Source of the DNA: Candidatus Hydrogenedentota bacterium
GTDB taxonomy: Bacteria; Hydrogenedentota; Hydrogenedentia; Hydrogenedentales; SLHB01
Reading direction: 5' to 3'
Assembly: GCA_963745075.1 (NCBI GenBank)
Contig: CAVUWV010000036.1
Location: 333,813 to 397,812 of the forward strand
Length of the DNA stretch: 64,000 bases
The translations under genes and the position numbers were made by a program. Below are positions 63,253 to 64,000 of this stretch, piece after piece. Under the pieces are notes generated by a model. It had not been told where the DNA came from, did no database searches, and worked only from the letters and a program-made list of their open reading frames with translations. Every line of letters begins with the position of its first letter. The first letter of the stretch is position 1.

Positions 63253-64000
63253 TCAGTTAAAAAAGAGCTGAAACTGAATGGTGGCCATATAATTCTCCGG
63301 CGCTCCGTCAATTATTTGTACGGCATTGTCGAACATGATCTTGCGTTTATTTTTGTCCATGAGATAATTATATCCAAGGTGGACGATTTGTGAATCAATT
63401 GCATTCTTACTGAGACCGGCATATTCATTCCATGAAGCCACCAACTGGTTTTTCTTCAGATCCAGTGTTGCCAGCAGATAATATCCTGCTGCTGATTCGC
63501 CATTTAGATTTGCCTGCAGGTATTCTGCCTGTATGTTAAATTTCCGGTAATGATACTGAGCAAATATATTGTACCGGAATTCATTGCCAGAAAATGTAAC
63601 TGAATCAGGCAATAAAGAAGTCAACTGCAACTGATCAGCTTTACGGAACATTACTGAATAACCCGTGTGCAGGTGGTTATTCAATAAATTTAAAGCCGTT
63701 TGGTTTGTTACCATTACTCCATTCTGATTAAAACGGTATTTTTTTATTCCGTCACCATTGAAGATCCCAACCCAGGTTTGGAAATGTTTTTTACGGCCAA
63801 AAAAGGTTCCTTCGATCCCGATATCCCGTCCGCCGAGACCGGCTGCAGGAACAAGTGACTGAATAACAGGTGATCGTTCCGTCAGTGGAATTATCGCGTC
63901 AGACTGAAATCGCTGGAGGCTGAACCGCGGTGTAAACTGTCCGAAGCTGATATTAAAATTATCCTTTCGGTAGAACGCTTCCACATCCTGCAGAAAGAAT
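63253..64000 (-). CDS. Outer-membrane porin-like beta-barrel (OprO/P-like), 5' end outside the window
   Basis: FGQF..RFS, GRDIG, GIFNGDG, QAEY, C-terminal QFQLFF. Confidence 0.65.
   Translation of the reverse strand, partial: FFLQDVEAFYRKDNFNISFGQFTPRFSLQRFQSDAIIPLTERSPVIQSLVPAAGLGGRDIGIEGTFFGRKKHFQTWVGIFNGDGIKKYRFNQNGVMVTNQTALNLLNNHLHTGYSVMFRKADQLQLTSLLPDSVTFSGNEFRYNIFAQYHYRKFNIQAEYLQANLNGESAAGYYLLATLDLKKNQLVASWNEYAGLSKNAIDSQIVHLGYNYLMDKNKRKIMFDNAVQIIDGAPENYMATIQFQLFFN

Overview
Chromosomal region of a Bacteroidota bacterium, probably an anaerobic Bacteroidales/Marinilabiliales-type organism. This is inferred from a SusC/FecR/ECF locus, T9SS C-terminal domains and TAnnTTTG promoters. Contents: the start of a SusC locus; a KamA-like radical SAM gene paired with a CysJ-like diflavin reductase that has no CysI partner here; assorted oxidoreductases; four type II toxin-antitoxin pairs; a LytTR two-component system with a MacAB-TolC exporter; and polysaccharide genes (GH9, GH26, GH97, AGE-family epimerase, clan GH-A enzymes, GH43). 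The main finding is the mercury-methylation pair hgcA-hgcB sitting inside an arsenic-resistance operon (arsR-arsC-hgcA-hgcB-acr3), behind a palindromic operator that overlaps the promoter. hgcB is absent from the ORF track because of a 1-nt homopolymer frameshift. Non-coding findings: a two-copy MITE with 8-bp target-site duplications and different nested inserts, mosaic REP-like hairpin islands, and a 24-unit indel-free degenerate 21-bp array. Several +1 frameshifts in short homopolymers look like sequencing errors. All family calls are by motif recognition; no database searches were run.
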